From Octopus vulgaris (taxonomy: Eukaryota), in the NCBI GenBank assembly GCA_951406725.2, contig OX597816.1, positions 147,374,001 through 147,438,000 on the forward strand: DNA of 64,000 nucleotides. The letters run 5' to 3'. Position 1 is the stretch's first letter; each line of letters starts with the position of its first letter. Below, piece after piece: positions 26,374-39,420 of the stretch. Made by a program: the position numbers and the translations under genes. Below the pieces are notes generated by a model that did not search any database, was not told the DNA's origin, and saw only the letters and a program-made list of their open reading frames with translations.

Positions 26374-29300
26374 TACATATAGACAAACTTCACTGCAGTA
26401 CTTCCCTGTGATTTCCCTCACCACATGTCCGCTCGCTTTTGCTAGGAATCCCCCAATATTATTTCCTAATCACCATTGCACACCATGATATATTATTGAT
26501 AATCCAAAGACAAAGAACAGCTGTCTGCAAATTGGAATACGTTCCTTTCATCTACGGCGCATTATCTTGACATTGCACTCATATAAATTTCATTTTTTAA
26601 TGACTGTTATCTCGCTTTTCCTAGTGTTTTCCTCTCGTAATAAAGCGTACATACATGTGTATGTTTGCGCGTGATCTCATACACACACACATACACGGAC
26701 ATGCATCTGTGTGTGTATAAGTACATACACGCACAAGTACACGCACATACACACACACACGCATGAATATACCTAGAATTTCAGTAACATCAACTTTTAC
26801 GCAAACATAATATGGCCTTTGTTTTCGCATCAAATATAGATAAATTATAGAGCAGAACATGTATCCATTTGCCTACATTGAGCTGCTACAGTCTTTAATT
26901 AACATTCCCACTAACACTGCATTGTCATCTATGCGTCATTTATATTTATGCATTACATATATGACAGAAAGCAGACATTACTTAATAAATAATTATCACT
27001 TGAATATTCTGATGAATCTTTGACTTTTTATTCACTCACTCTCTTTCTCTCTCGCTCTCTCGCTCTCTCTCTTTCTTTCTCTCCATTTCTCGCTCTCCCC
27101 CTCCTTTCTCTCTCGTATAAGGAGACATGTTTGTAGTTTTATGACCAACATCTTGTTTGAAGTATAATAATGCAAGTACAAGTGTGTCATGGATAACTCT
27201 GCATCTGAAAATACACTGCAATGTAAATTCGCTTTGTTGACTTATTTGTGTTATAAAGAGGAGATGTTTGTCACTGTTGTATCTAAGTATATAATGTAAA
27301 ATACTCAAGAAAATCTCACGATCTTGTTTCCTATTTAAATTAAAAGAAATGTATGTGTTGGCGTTGTATACCTGCTGGAACTCTCCAAAGCCAATTTTAC
27401 TACCACTGTTCGCATCATACAGTTACAAACTATTCTTAAATACAAAAAATATATATAGGTCAATTCTTAGCAATAACTATTCAAAACCATCTTGGAAATT
27501 TCGCTTTTCATTTTATTTACCACCGTTGCGTTTACGTCTGTTTCGTAGCAAATGATCATGCTTAATATGTAGTAGAAATTATATATGTAAATGCTACTTA
27601 GAATATTTGTTTGATCCAACATAGTAAATATTTTAGTTTTTCAAGCATATGGTGCGAAAATTCATATTTTGCATTAAGTTCTCTCTCCATCCTTTGTCAT
27701 AGATTACTTAGTGCTTTAAGTATGAACCTGCACATGCAGTTTTGCTCACATCTGTACTTACTTCAGATATCCAACATATAATTATATTAATGTTTTCTGG
27801 TTTCAAATTATTAAGATCTAACGCCAAATTTTCGGATGTTTCAGCGTTTTGTACGTTGAGCACAAATAAACACATGGAAATAAAGTTTCATTCTATGTTA
27901 TGCAAATATACACATCAATTACAAGTAAAATACGTAACATTAAAAGCTGTAGGCAAATTATGTTATGTATATCAATATTATGTTATTTCCCTATATCTAC
28001 TCAATATTTAATATTGTGGAAATCAACACTACTTTGCGACGGATTAAAAATGGTGTAAATTAATAAAGCGCAAATAATTTATTAAATCAAATTTGAAAAT
28101 ATGTCCTTCAGGAATATAACACAACGTGTCATTAAACACGAATGCAAAACTAAACTATCGCATATTACCGAAACATAACTATGTACATTACGATTGGTAC
28201 AATACTTCCTTCCGTATTTTTCACACAAAAATGCGAAAACATGCCTTGATCTGGTTGGACCATATTTCAGCTGTAATTATCTGGTCATAAGCCGTTGATA
28301 TATCATAATAACTGTTCAAACGATTATTTGTTGTGTAAACCGAGGATATACTTGATTGACGCTGATAAAACATTTTCTTTTGAGTCGGTAACACAAGCGA
28401 ATCGAAACAGTACAATCCAGGAATTGATGGGTTTTATATTTGTGGAGAACTTAATTCTGTTCTACATGCTCTTATCATGGACAATACTTTCATGAAATCC
28501 CATTATACTACTCTCTCCATTTACCTCATTCTGTCTGTCTCAGTCATAAAGTTGATTACGTATGAAAATAGTTGCCCACAGAGCATCTAATCTGTTTACT
28601 TTGTGGTCCAATGAATTTGTTTTCAAATAAAACAGCAAAGCCAATCGGAAGCTATATATTAATTTTACATGACAATTCTTTAAGCCAAATTTAACTTCTA
28701 ATGGAAGAACCATTATCTTCAAAGGTTGTAAAGAAAACACTACAAATCCCTCGAGTCGGACACTGACAATAAAATTTCGCTAGCCGGTCTCCAAAGCAAT
28801 TCAATAAATTGCTGGGATGTAAACATTGATTATTCTTCTGTAAAAATAATAGTACTCTGTTTCATCAACAATTCAAGTAGATAGTAGAAGAGCGGTGTAC
28901 CAGAACAGAGCTTGGCAACATCTGTAAAACTATTTACAAGTCAGAGGAAAGTTTTAACATGTAACCTATTACAGAAAAAAAAGAAATACGATAAGCGGCA
29001 AAATCTCAAATATTGCTGCATATTCATATGCTGTAAATAATTAGTTTCGTCAGCATTTCCAGAAAAATATAATACTGAATATGATGTTCTGGATTTAATT
29101 GAATTTTTAGTATTTAAAATTTTGTTATTATTTCATAGTGTATTTTTAAAATTAGTTTCCTAAAAGACAATTCAATAATCAGTATTTAAAACCAGAAAAC
29201 TAATAATTATTTCATTATTTTAGTTGTTCACAAGGAAAAGTTTCACGGCCCGTAGCTATTTAAATTTCGGTAACCTGCTACCATTAAAATAGGTTGCGAG

Positions 29301-30021
29301 CAGTATCAGCAGTTTACTGATGTTGCTGTCTGCCTGAAGTGTTGGCAAAGAAGTTAAGCGGAATTTCAGTAGATGTTTTAAAGAGAAAAATTAGGTTTCG
29401 ATGGGAGTAGTACGTATTAGACATTTACAAGAGATTAATATATTTGCCTAGTTATAATTTATTAATGTTACCTAAACAAGTTTTATCTTAATTCATTTAG
29501 TGACTGTGTTAATATAATTTGCAAGAATGACAAGTAGCACATTACATTTTAATAATCATAATTGTTGATACTATTATTATTGAAATAAATAAAAGAACTT
29601 TTATCATTATCATTGTCAAGGCGACGAGCAGGGAAAATCATTACCGTACCGGAAGAAAGTCATAGCAGCATTTTCTCCGACTCTTCCTGGGTTCCTATGT
29701 CGCCGATGTCGACTTTGCTTTTCATCCCTTTGGGAGTCAAGGGAATAGTAGCGTTTGAGCGCTGGGGTCGGCTAACAACTTGCCGTAAGGCTTCAGGTTA
29801 ATACTATTACTACCATAGGTGGTACAAAATTCATTATCATCTGAATTCAATAGTTTCAATCAAGCTCTTACTATGTGACCAGGTGATTTACAAATTCAAA
29901 ATCTCTGCGTTTACACAGTGATGTCAACAAACATCAACGTCAGGCTTCGGTTAAGTGAGAATGTATTTTGTTGTATTTTTAACTAGGTAATGATTATTTG
30001 GATTATTATTAATTTTACAGT

Positions 30022-30292
30022 TCTATATTTAAGAGATGAGGAATTATGTACATTATTTACATTATTTAAATTTGACGAATAAATATCAGCCAAATCTTGT
30101 TTGTTGTTAACACAAATTTCGAACCTGGGTTCTCATTCCTAAGGTATAACTTAGGAATGAGAACCCAGGTTCGAAATTTCCCCAAGACACCTGATGAAGG
30201 CTGGATGGTATATCAGCGTTGTGTTAACAACAATCAAGATGAGGACAAATATCTGTCAAATGGAAATAATGTAAATAATATAAATAATGTAA
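30022..30292. mobile_element. Inverted pair of Penelope-pLTR-like repeats with a central perfect hairpin and a defective hammerhead
   Basis: Perfect 30-bp inverted repeat (30114-30143 / 30150-30179, 6-nt loop) and diverged outer arms (~30049-30115 / ~30219-30291). gacac-CTGATGA-ag gctg..cagc-gtt-gtgtt at 30186-30225 lacks GAAA. Confidence 0.7.
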
Positions 30293-33200
30293 TATCAATT
30301 TTATACCCAATAATCTTCTAATTATACATAGCACTTGATTAAATATATGGCGATGATGCAGTCGACGAATATATTGGTGTACAAAAACATTGCTTTAATT
30401 TTTGATACTTATATCTGAACAATTTTTTGAATTTGATTATTAGTCAAGTCTTATGTTTGCCATCCGAACGCTGCCATACTTAACTTTCATGGAATGTTTA
30501 GTTTTTCATTCACTTTTACAACTATTTTTTCACGTTGGCTGTTCCTTAGTTTTATATTCATAGCCTGAGAAATACATCAATTGTCCTTTCTCTTGGAAGA
30601 AGAATTGGGTGTATCTTGTCAATTATGCTTAGATATGTCCATGATTAACAAGATTTTTTTTTAATGTTGAAAATGTCGAAGATGAACAAAATGCGAAAAA
30701 TGTATAAAGATGATCAGAGTTAAGAAAGATGTAGGAGGTTAAGAAGAATGGCCTAAGTAAACAAATGCTGTGTAAGAACGTCAATACCAATCATAGGAAT
30801 TATCGAGTACAACTGTAATAGTGCCTGTTGCAAAGTGAATTGTAGAACTATCCATTATATAGCGGCCATATATCTTTTTACAAAGAGTTATTTCAATGTG
30901 ACTCCTTAGCTTTCAGCACAGGGCTGTACAGTGTTACAGTACTTTTGCAAAACTGTGTTTTTGATATAATAATATCATACTATATTCATATTATTACAAT
31001 CTATGTATTATATTCTAATAAATCACTCTTTGTATAACCCGTTTATACCGAGTGTTTTCCTCGTTCTGAGGAAGCATGCATTTGCCTGATATACAGTTTG
31101 GTCTTACGATAACTTCGATCACACGTATTAAATAAATGTCTTATTACCAACCTAAGGCTGTTCAACTATCTTAATTTTCGATTTATTATGTAGAATTTAA
31201 AACTTATTACTACAATGATTAGTAATTATATCTATTATCGTATTTGCTATTGCGTTTAGTTTTGAATATTAGTCTCCCGCTTCTGTACAACATTTTATTG
31301 CCATTCTGTATTTCAATGGATGTATCTTATCAGTTTTTCCACGCTTACGTATTTCTATACGGGTTTCTGTTTAAATTGCTTAATTTCAGCTGCTGGACGG
31401 AATTTTATTTTCTCAATTTTAATTAATTTGCTTCTTCTTTGGAACAATTGTCTAAAACGTTATTGCTTTTCTATCGCATCTGAGTTCATGCACAATGTTT
31501 AATAGGTCCTCGTGAATGTGTTGTTCCTCGTAAAAGCCTTTCGCTAATCCGTATAGAGAAGCTGATTTGTAATTTGTTTGAAAGTAATATTACTATCGTC
31601 GGTTTCATTCTTCGGATTATTAATGGATCCAGAGCAAACAGACGTCTTTAGGAGATAAGGAGTCTCTTCTTTCTATAGGCTTTTCATTTTCTTTGTTCCT
31701 TTTATACTTATTGTTATCATTTCATATACATATGATAGATTAAACTGTTGGAAAAGACCTCATTACATAATCGTCATATTTCATTTTCCGTGGATTTGTC
31801 TAGTATTGTTTTAAGGATATTCATCCATAATGATTAGTTTTGAACAGCCATTGTGAGTCCAAGAATCATCTGCTGCAACGTCCTGTGTTTGTCTGTGATT
31901 TTGACTGTGTAGTTCTTTGCCCCAGATATTTCTTTCCTTTCTTGTATTCCACTACTGCCTTCCCAGCTTTTTTCTCCTCTCTTCAAGCAGTAGAAATCAA
32001 TCATCCTGAATCGCTTCTTACATTAACCTATATTACATTTTGCTGTATCTACACCATCTTCTTTCGGTATCAGTTGTTTCTTTGCTCCTTCCGTGGTAGG
32101 TATACCCTATCGACGCTGTCAGTGGGGTGCAGCGACTGTATATGGACATTGTCTTTCTGGTTTTACACTCTATACTTCTTAGTTCTTCCTTAGATGTTCA
32201 GGAAAACATCCGTATATTGTATTAGAGAGATCACCCAAGAGATTGTTACAGAGATACTTTCCCCTTCATTCAGTTTTGAGCTTAAAACCCATTTTTCACG
32301 TTCCTCGGATATTTATTTCTCACATTCTCTTTCATTTCTTGACAGAGAAGTCTATCTGCCTCCAGTACACCTTGTAACTGCCACCTTCACTCGTTGCTCG
32401 GAATGATGACTCATCTGAGAGTTTAATCCCTTCTGAATTTGAATATTTTCCCTCTTCCTATACAAGTATCGCATATTTATCTATTCCAAACTTTGTGTTG
32501 TCCGAGTAGCACTGTTCATCGATACTCTACTGCATAGGTTGTTTGATGAGACAAGTACTTATTTGGATTGGAAAGAGAGGTGTTTTTTACTTAATTTCGT
32601 TTCATTATACCTAGTGCTCAAATAATTATTGATATTTTCAATTTCATACTGCTTCTTTACATCACACTTTCTCAAATTCCAGAGCGATATATATTTTAGA
32701 ATGGATTGAGATGTGCATCGGTGTACAAGAATTTCAACTTAATGTCTTGAGGCTGAATACTGCACAGCTTTGCTGGATTTATTCTTCAGGAATTACATAC
32801 CTTTGCTGTTTCTGGGTAGTTTGTTGTGGTCGATCGCTTTTGAGAAATTGTTTGCTTTCATTCTGATTTACAGCTTATTCTCCGAAACTTACAGTATATT
32901 GTGTACTTACACGTTTTGTTAATTTTATCTTTATCATTTCATGGTTCGACAAACGTAAATCTAGTTTCCTCCTCAAAGCAAGGATTAGATGTTTGTGGGA
33001 GAATACGCACAACAGTGTACACGATTAACAATGAGGTTTATATTCTCAAAAATATCTAAGTTTAGCAAATGCGATTATTATTACGAGTGGTTAAATCTGA
33101 AAAATATTTAAAGGTAAACTGGGTTAACATATATATTTGGGATTAAAAAGTAAGCTCAAGATTAATACAGTACACAAAACAACAATTAAATTATAGAGAA

Positions 33201-33606
33201 TTTTTTTATACCCTTATAGAATGAGTTGTCTATCACTGCAATGAGACTAGTGACAAATAGAATGATTGAAACTTATAATTCTCAACTAATACTTCGATAT
33301 ACTTTCTTAGCGTTTCACCCCGTTTTTGCACAATATTGAAGTAGTTTTATATTGCTATGTTCACTATTATAATAATGAAACCATTTTTGTAGCGTAGAGT
33401 AGTATGAGGTTTAATATATATGTTGTATCTCTTTGTGCTCTAAGATCTCATAATATTTTTACATTTTCATTTTCAAGGAAAGCAAAAGTTTTTATACGTG
33501 CTAGAGGATTTTCTCATGAAGCCCTTAAAATGTGTTGGATAAACGTACTTAGAGCAACCTTATTCATATCTTTTTTACTTGTTTATATTTCAGAAATGGA
33601 CTATTA

Positions 33607-33607
33607 A

Positions 33608-33650
<43 letters not shown>

Positions 33651-33855
33651 GTGTGTGCGCGTGTTCGTGTGTGTGTGTGCGTGTGTGTGTGTGTGTGAGT
33701 GTGCGTGCGCGTGCATGTGTGCGTGCGCGTGCATGTGTGCGTGCGCGTGCATGTGTGCGTGCGCGTGCATGTGTGCATGTGTGTGCGCGTGTCCGTGTGT
33801 GTGTGTGCGTGTGTGTGTGTGTATGTGTATGTGTGTGTGTGTGTGTGTTTGTGTA
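33607..33855. repeat. Compound (GT)n/(GA)n array containing four copies of an 18-bp unit gtgcgtgcgcgtgcatgt (33701-33772)
   Basis: Directly visible. Confidence 0.9.
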
Positions 33856-34229
33856 TTTCTGACTGTCATAGTATTCATTCATCTTTCTTGTTTGGCCACA
33901 TAAGAATAGGCCAAAAGAGGAATTCGCTAGACCTTTTGCTATGAACACTTTCCGAAGTTACAAATCGCTTGTTCGAATTGTCAATCTTCTTCCATTTATC
34001 GTCAGATAATGGTATTATTATTCAGTTCAAATGATATACTAATGTTTGTGTCGAAATGCCTGAAAATTGTGGCATGACTGAATTTTCGGTATCACTTAAA
34101 AAATGGCTGCTAAGGCTGTTAATGCCCTTCCACATGCAGTATCGCAATTTAACATGTTTACTAGCCAACTTATTTCTAACATGCACAGGATAAAAAGGAA
34201 AACTGGAGCTGCTATTCCAGTGAAATTCT

Positions 34230-34560
34230 GAACAGATATTCCTGTGACGTAGATATCTGCAATATTTTTATCAAAATTTACAAAGTATCGTCAAAGTGAT
34301 GCACTTACAGAATTTGGATAAGCGAGTCTTATGGAATAAAATTAAATGCCTTCCAGTAGCCCATTCAGGCAGACAACATCTTCCTCTTGTACGAGATGGT
34401 ACATTGAAATACACTGTACATTTTGTGGGAGTTTAATTATTTTTCATCAATATTATTTTGGAAAACATTTTATATGTTACTGGTAGGCAAGTAAATGGAA
34501 ATAATAGTTTGAGTAATCTGGTGTTGTTTTCATCAGAATCATTATTGTCTTGCCGATAAG
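34230..34560 (-). mobile_element. Highly decayed non-LTR RT fragment (R4/Dong-like)
   Basis: PFTCLPVTYKMFSKII resembles the RT motif RPITCLPTTYK. Only short motifs are recognisable. Confidence 0.45.
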
Positions 34561-34886
34561 GAATCGTCTCGGTATTTACACCCTCCAGATTGTTTAAGGA
34601 TGTACGGCTATAGGCTAGCACTGGCATATATCAAAGAGCAGGCTCTACATGTTTTGAATGTTACCACTATCAACAATTTTCCAGTTCCTGAAAATCAAAG
34701 CAGACCTGAAGTCGAGGATTCTACAATTTCGACATCTATATCCAGTTATAATTTCGTTTAGCCATTGGTTTTCTAAATGTTTCTAATGTTACTTTAATGG
34801 GTATCGTTTTCTAAGTTGTTAACGGATATCTTTACAACAGAAGATTTGTACTTTTCAGATTATTTTCAAGTATGTACTTTGAGAGT

Positions 34887-35190
34887 GTAGCGGCACATGG
34901 CCTTGTGATTAGAGCAGCGGACTCGCGGTCGAGGGATCGCGGGTTCGAATCTCAGACCGGCGATGTGTGTGTTTATGAGCGAAACACCTAAGTTCCATCA
35001 GGCTCCGGCAGAATGTAATGGTGAACTTCTGCTGACTCTTTCGCCACAACTTTCTCTCACTCTTTCCTCCTGCATCTTGCAGCTCACCAGCGACGGACCG
35101 GCATCCCGTCCAGCTGGGAAACCTATACGCCAAGGAAACCGGGAAACCGGCCCAATGAGCCAGACGTGGCTCGAGAAGGAACAAACAACA
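34887..35190 (+). mobile_element. tRNA(Arg-like)-derived SINE (family A2), full length, 11-bp TSD
   Basis: A-box-like tggccttgtgatt, B box GGTTCGAATC, tail ending aacaaacaaca. TSD actttgagagt at 34876-34886 and 35191-35201. Confidence 0.88.
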
Positions 35191-36462
35191 ACTTTGAGAG
35201 TACCGTTTCCCTGCATGCTAAACGTACTTATATCTATTATTTATAGGGGATGTTTGGTTGTGTTTAAACCATTTTAAATTTTTTGCTGCTTTGTTTGTGC
35301 ATTGCTTACATCGTTCTTAATCAACAGATGGTACCTAAAGTTATTGTTTGCAACTTTATATTTTGTCGTAATGTTATTGTACGTTTTCTTTTGTTACGTA
35401 GAATACCCATTCTATACTGTAATATACTCTGCTAGTTATTGTATACTGGTAACGTCTATCTTTTATAACGGTACATTATTTATTTAAACTCGAATATTCT
35501 ATTGTCGTGAATATCCTAATTTAGAGAAAATCGTTTAACTGAGTAATAAAAATGGATATCGTAATGTGATTTATCATTGGTCTTTAAGATAATGTCTCTT
35601 AAACGTATGCCTACAGGTCGTAGAGCCACTTAAGATTGTTCTAAGAAATTTAGCCACCTGTTAATGCATGTATCGTAGGCTTCAGCTGCTTTGGAATATT
35701 GCCATATTACAGAAGCAGAGTCGAAGCTAAATTTGATGTCACTAAAGAAATACAATTATCAGAAACGGTAGTGTCTACACTATTATCATAGTTATTTTTA
35801 TTATTATTATTATACATTAACGTAATATTATTATCACTTATTGCTATTTTTAACATTACGGTCATGAATTCCAGTACCTGTAACATTCCAAACAATCTGA
35901 AACAATCCCTCTTAAAACCTCAATAACATCATTAACCAAAATCAGCTATTCTTGCATATTTTAGTGTTATTCTTGAGGTAGAAACTTTTTATTAGCTAAA
36001 CCTCAATCAGTGAATCGTGCCCATGTCTTTTTTTGTGTGTCCAATGAAATATACGGCTGTAAGTTGAAGCATTTATTACAGCCTAGGTACAGCTTCTTTA
36101 GAAATTCAAATTTATTTCTCTCGACTGGCATGGCTTGTTTTCTTTTTTGTCCTCGGTGGATACAAATATTACTGTGTTTTTTACTTGAAATAGTGCATCT
36201 TCAGACGAAAAATGACTATTCGTAGCTGTGCTCATTCTGTTTACGGTTGTATATTCCTTGGTAAAGGAATGTGAAGAAAATTGTTAAATATATTTTTTGA
36301 TATTTCAAGTCAGAACTTCAATAACTGCCTCCGGCTACCAGCCAAATATTTGAGTCAGTATGATCGAAAACGCATCTCCGCCATATTTGGGCCTTTATGC
36401 CTCAGTATAATAGGGCGTAGTCATCGTCGTCGTCGTCCTCGTAATCATCATCACCTTCATCA

Positions 36463-36493
<31 letters not shown>

Positions 36494-36565
36494 CATCATT
36501 ATTATTATTGTTGTTGTTGTTGTTATAAATTTAACTCATCTTTCCTCCTCATTTTACTATTGCAG

Positions 36566-36777
36566 CCAAACCTTCAACATTGACGCAGCTACCATTAACT
36601 ACAACATCTCCCATCCGTCCACCTTGTGCAATTGTAAAATCAGAATGGTCAGCTTGTTCTGCCAGTTGCGGTGTCGGTATGTCAGTTCGTATGAACAACG
36701 ACAATCTAGAATGTGAAGATGTACAACAAACCAGGATTTGTTTCTTGCGGCCTTGCGGAGAAGTTGTTAAATCAGAG
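36566..36777 (+). CDS. CCN: CCN-family matricellular protein, internal exon: S/T/P-rich hinge + thrombospondin type-1 (TSP1) module
   Basis: Acceptor 'ttcctcctcattttactattgcag|' ends at 36565 and donor 'gag|gtaaga' starts at 36778. Translation KPSTLTQLPLTTTSPIRPPCAIVKSEWSACSASCGVGMSVRMNNDNLECEDVQQTRICFLRPCGEVVKSE matches the CCN TSP1 pattern (C..Q/K..WSxCSxxCGxGxSxRxxNDNxxC.....RxCxxRPC). The exon is phase 1 at its 5' end and phase 0 at its 3' end, as in vertebrate CCN genes. Paralogue not assignable. Confidence 0.93.
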
Positions 36778-37930
36778 GTAAGACCTAATCTAAATTATTT
36801 TGATTGTTTGTCAAATAGAACGGCCACAAAACTTGCTTTACGATAGGAATGATCTAATGAGATGTAATGAAATGTCAATATAACCTATATGAATATATTC
36901 ATATTTAGGTTTCAAGAAAAGAAATCAATAATTACGGGGAAGTTCTTTCAGTTGTATGTATTGTGCTGGTACGAACCGTAGCTTATCAAATAAAGAATAT
37001 TATAAGAGTTTGTTATCTCTAATATGGTTTTGTTTTGTGTGTTAATAACCTGCACTCCTTAGCAATAATTACATATGTATATATATTCATGCAAACATAT
37101 ATGTAAGTATATGTTTATGAGTATATTTTTTCGCAACAGTTCTCTTCTTTCTAGAACTTTATACCTGGTTTCTCTTATGCATACATTTTTTCCCAACTTT
37201 TTCAAGTTACATGCATTCATGCACGCTAACATTATGTACCAGGGAAGGATGCTCACACCTTAGCCCTCAAAATGCAACAGAGCATGTGCCTTTGGCAAAG
37301 GCCCTTCAAGATATAGCGGCTACATATATTCCTGTAGTGGCTTCACAAGGAAGAGAACATCACTCATAATTTTATATTACTGAGAGAAACGTGAACTGCA
37401 TCGCACCTTAGCAAATTATCTACTCTTTTAGGTAAAACAAACCATTGATTTGTACAGTCACTAATTTTCTAGAGCATCAGCTTTGCACTTGTAGCAATTG
37501 GTGAAGATATTATTCTGTCAGTTATTACGAATAACATCTGTATCAGTTTACTGACTGTACAGTTGGTTTAGACCTTTTCTTCATCACCAGATATTTTCAG
37601 TGTATCCGAGTCTATTTGTACTCGGCTGTTCATTTCACAGACTTCAACGTCTTAATGGCCATTTCTATATAAAACAAAAATAACAAAAGTATAATATAAG
37701 CAGAATATTCAAAACTCAGAATATACTATAAGATGTAATATAAAACAAAATATTCTAAAATATTTATTACTAATACATCGAATCTTAGACCGACATGTTT
37801 TTCATGTAAATGGAATATTATTTACGGCACTAGGAAATGTTCAGATAAAGATCACTCGAATTATTTTCATTATAATTTTGTTTTTGTTTTTTCGTACACC
37901 ATATCATCAAAGTCGTGTGCGTCATATTTA

Positions 37931-37976
<46 letters not shown>

Positions 37977-38151
37977 GTGTGTGCGTATGAATGTATATAA
38001 GAGCTTTTTTGCCTTATATTGTATTTATATTTCTTTTTCAACACAAAGAATCTCACGATTTTACAACCAGCTTTTCAATATGAAGCATGTTTGGAAGAAA
38101 TTTCTTCTCTATTTTCGTATTATCAGTCAAACAAACTCCCTCATAGGCACG

Positions 38152-38242
<91 letters not shown>

Positions 38243-38499
38243 AATATTGTCTAAGGCTTTTTGTCTTTTATCTTGTTATTTTGTGTTACTTTAAGCCCGA
38301 AGGTGACTCGTAATAATTGTGGTAATAATATAACCAGAGATTCCGTTATTGGAAAGTATTTAGGAAAACGTTCATTTAACATATAATATATCAGTAATAT
38401 AAAAAAAATATAGGAATTTCAAAAGAGGTCTGACATAGTTCTTGCTCCAGGAAAAGAATAGTAAAAAGTCATTTATTAAGACAACGTATGCTGAGCTGA

Positions 38500-39420
38500 T
38501 GCCAAGGAAAAATGGGAAAGCAAAATGATTTAGCTGTCTGAAAGCTTTCGGTGAACTACCGTAAATATTGTTTCTAACATATTCAAAGGCTAGAGATTTG
38601 ATGAGAATAATAATTCGATTAAATCAGCTTCATTATTTGCTAAGAACATCATAAAAACAAGATGATGAGCGGCAAATTTTGTATCGGAGGTATGTGAAGT
38701 CAGAACGCAAATATCATAAATCAAGAATCTACATTGCAACGCATCTTGTATTTTAAATATAAAATGACATTCGGAGCAGATGCAGAAGATGTCTCCACCA
38801 ACATGTAGAACACTTTGCATCATAATGTTTTCAGTACATGGCATTTCTGTTGATAAGATCACAGTAATTGTTGCTTAATTTGCGTCCAGCTCCACACTGC
38901 ACACAACAATATTCTTCGCATCTGAGTCTTATTTCAACAAATAAAACTAGTTCTGGAAAGGGCATCGGTAAATACACGGTTTCATTTGACCAACACATTT
39001 ACAAGCACACACTTAAAGTATATAAACGTCTGCGATTGTTACAATGACATAAAGCGTCCGAATTCCAGTTGATGTCTACTATTACCTCAAAACCATCTGA
39101 TTAGCAATTTGCTTTTTAACTTCACCAAACTTATGAATGTTTTTTTTTTTTGCTATACGGTTGTCTATAATAATTTATGTAAACCTACTGCAATGTATCC
39201 CATTTGCATAACTAAGACAAGTTTAATTACCATTCTACCACTATCAGTTCTAACATTTTAATGAGTACGGAAATATCACTTTGAATATTATTTCTCTTTT
39301 AACGTCATCACTAGAAAGATATCTACTGGGTTTACTTTTACGAAACGCACCGGTACCATCCCAACCTTCAGGACTCCGGCAAAATTAGTATTATTGTCCT
39401 TTACATGATGAAAGCCTTCA
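38500..39420 (-). mobile_element. Possible heavily decayed hAT-type transposase remnant
   Basis: Only faint resemblance to hAT/Charlie motifs on the minus strand; no intact ORF. Confidence 0.3.

Noticed and set aside
34890-34960. tRNA gene
   Set aside because: There is no closing acceptor stem, and it continues into a SINE body bounded by TSDs.
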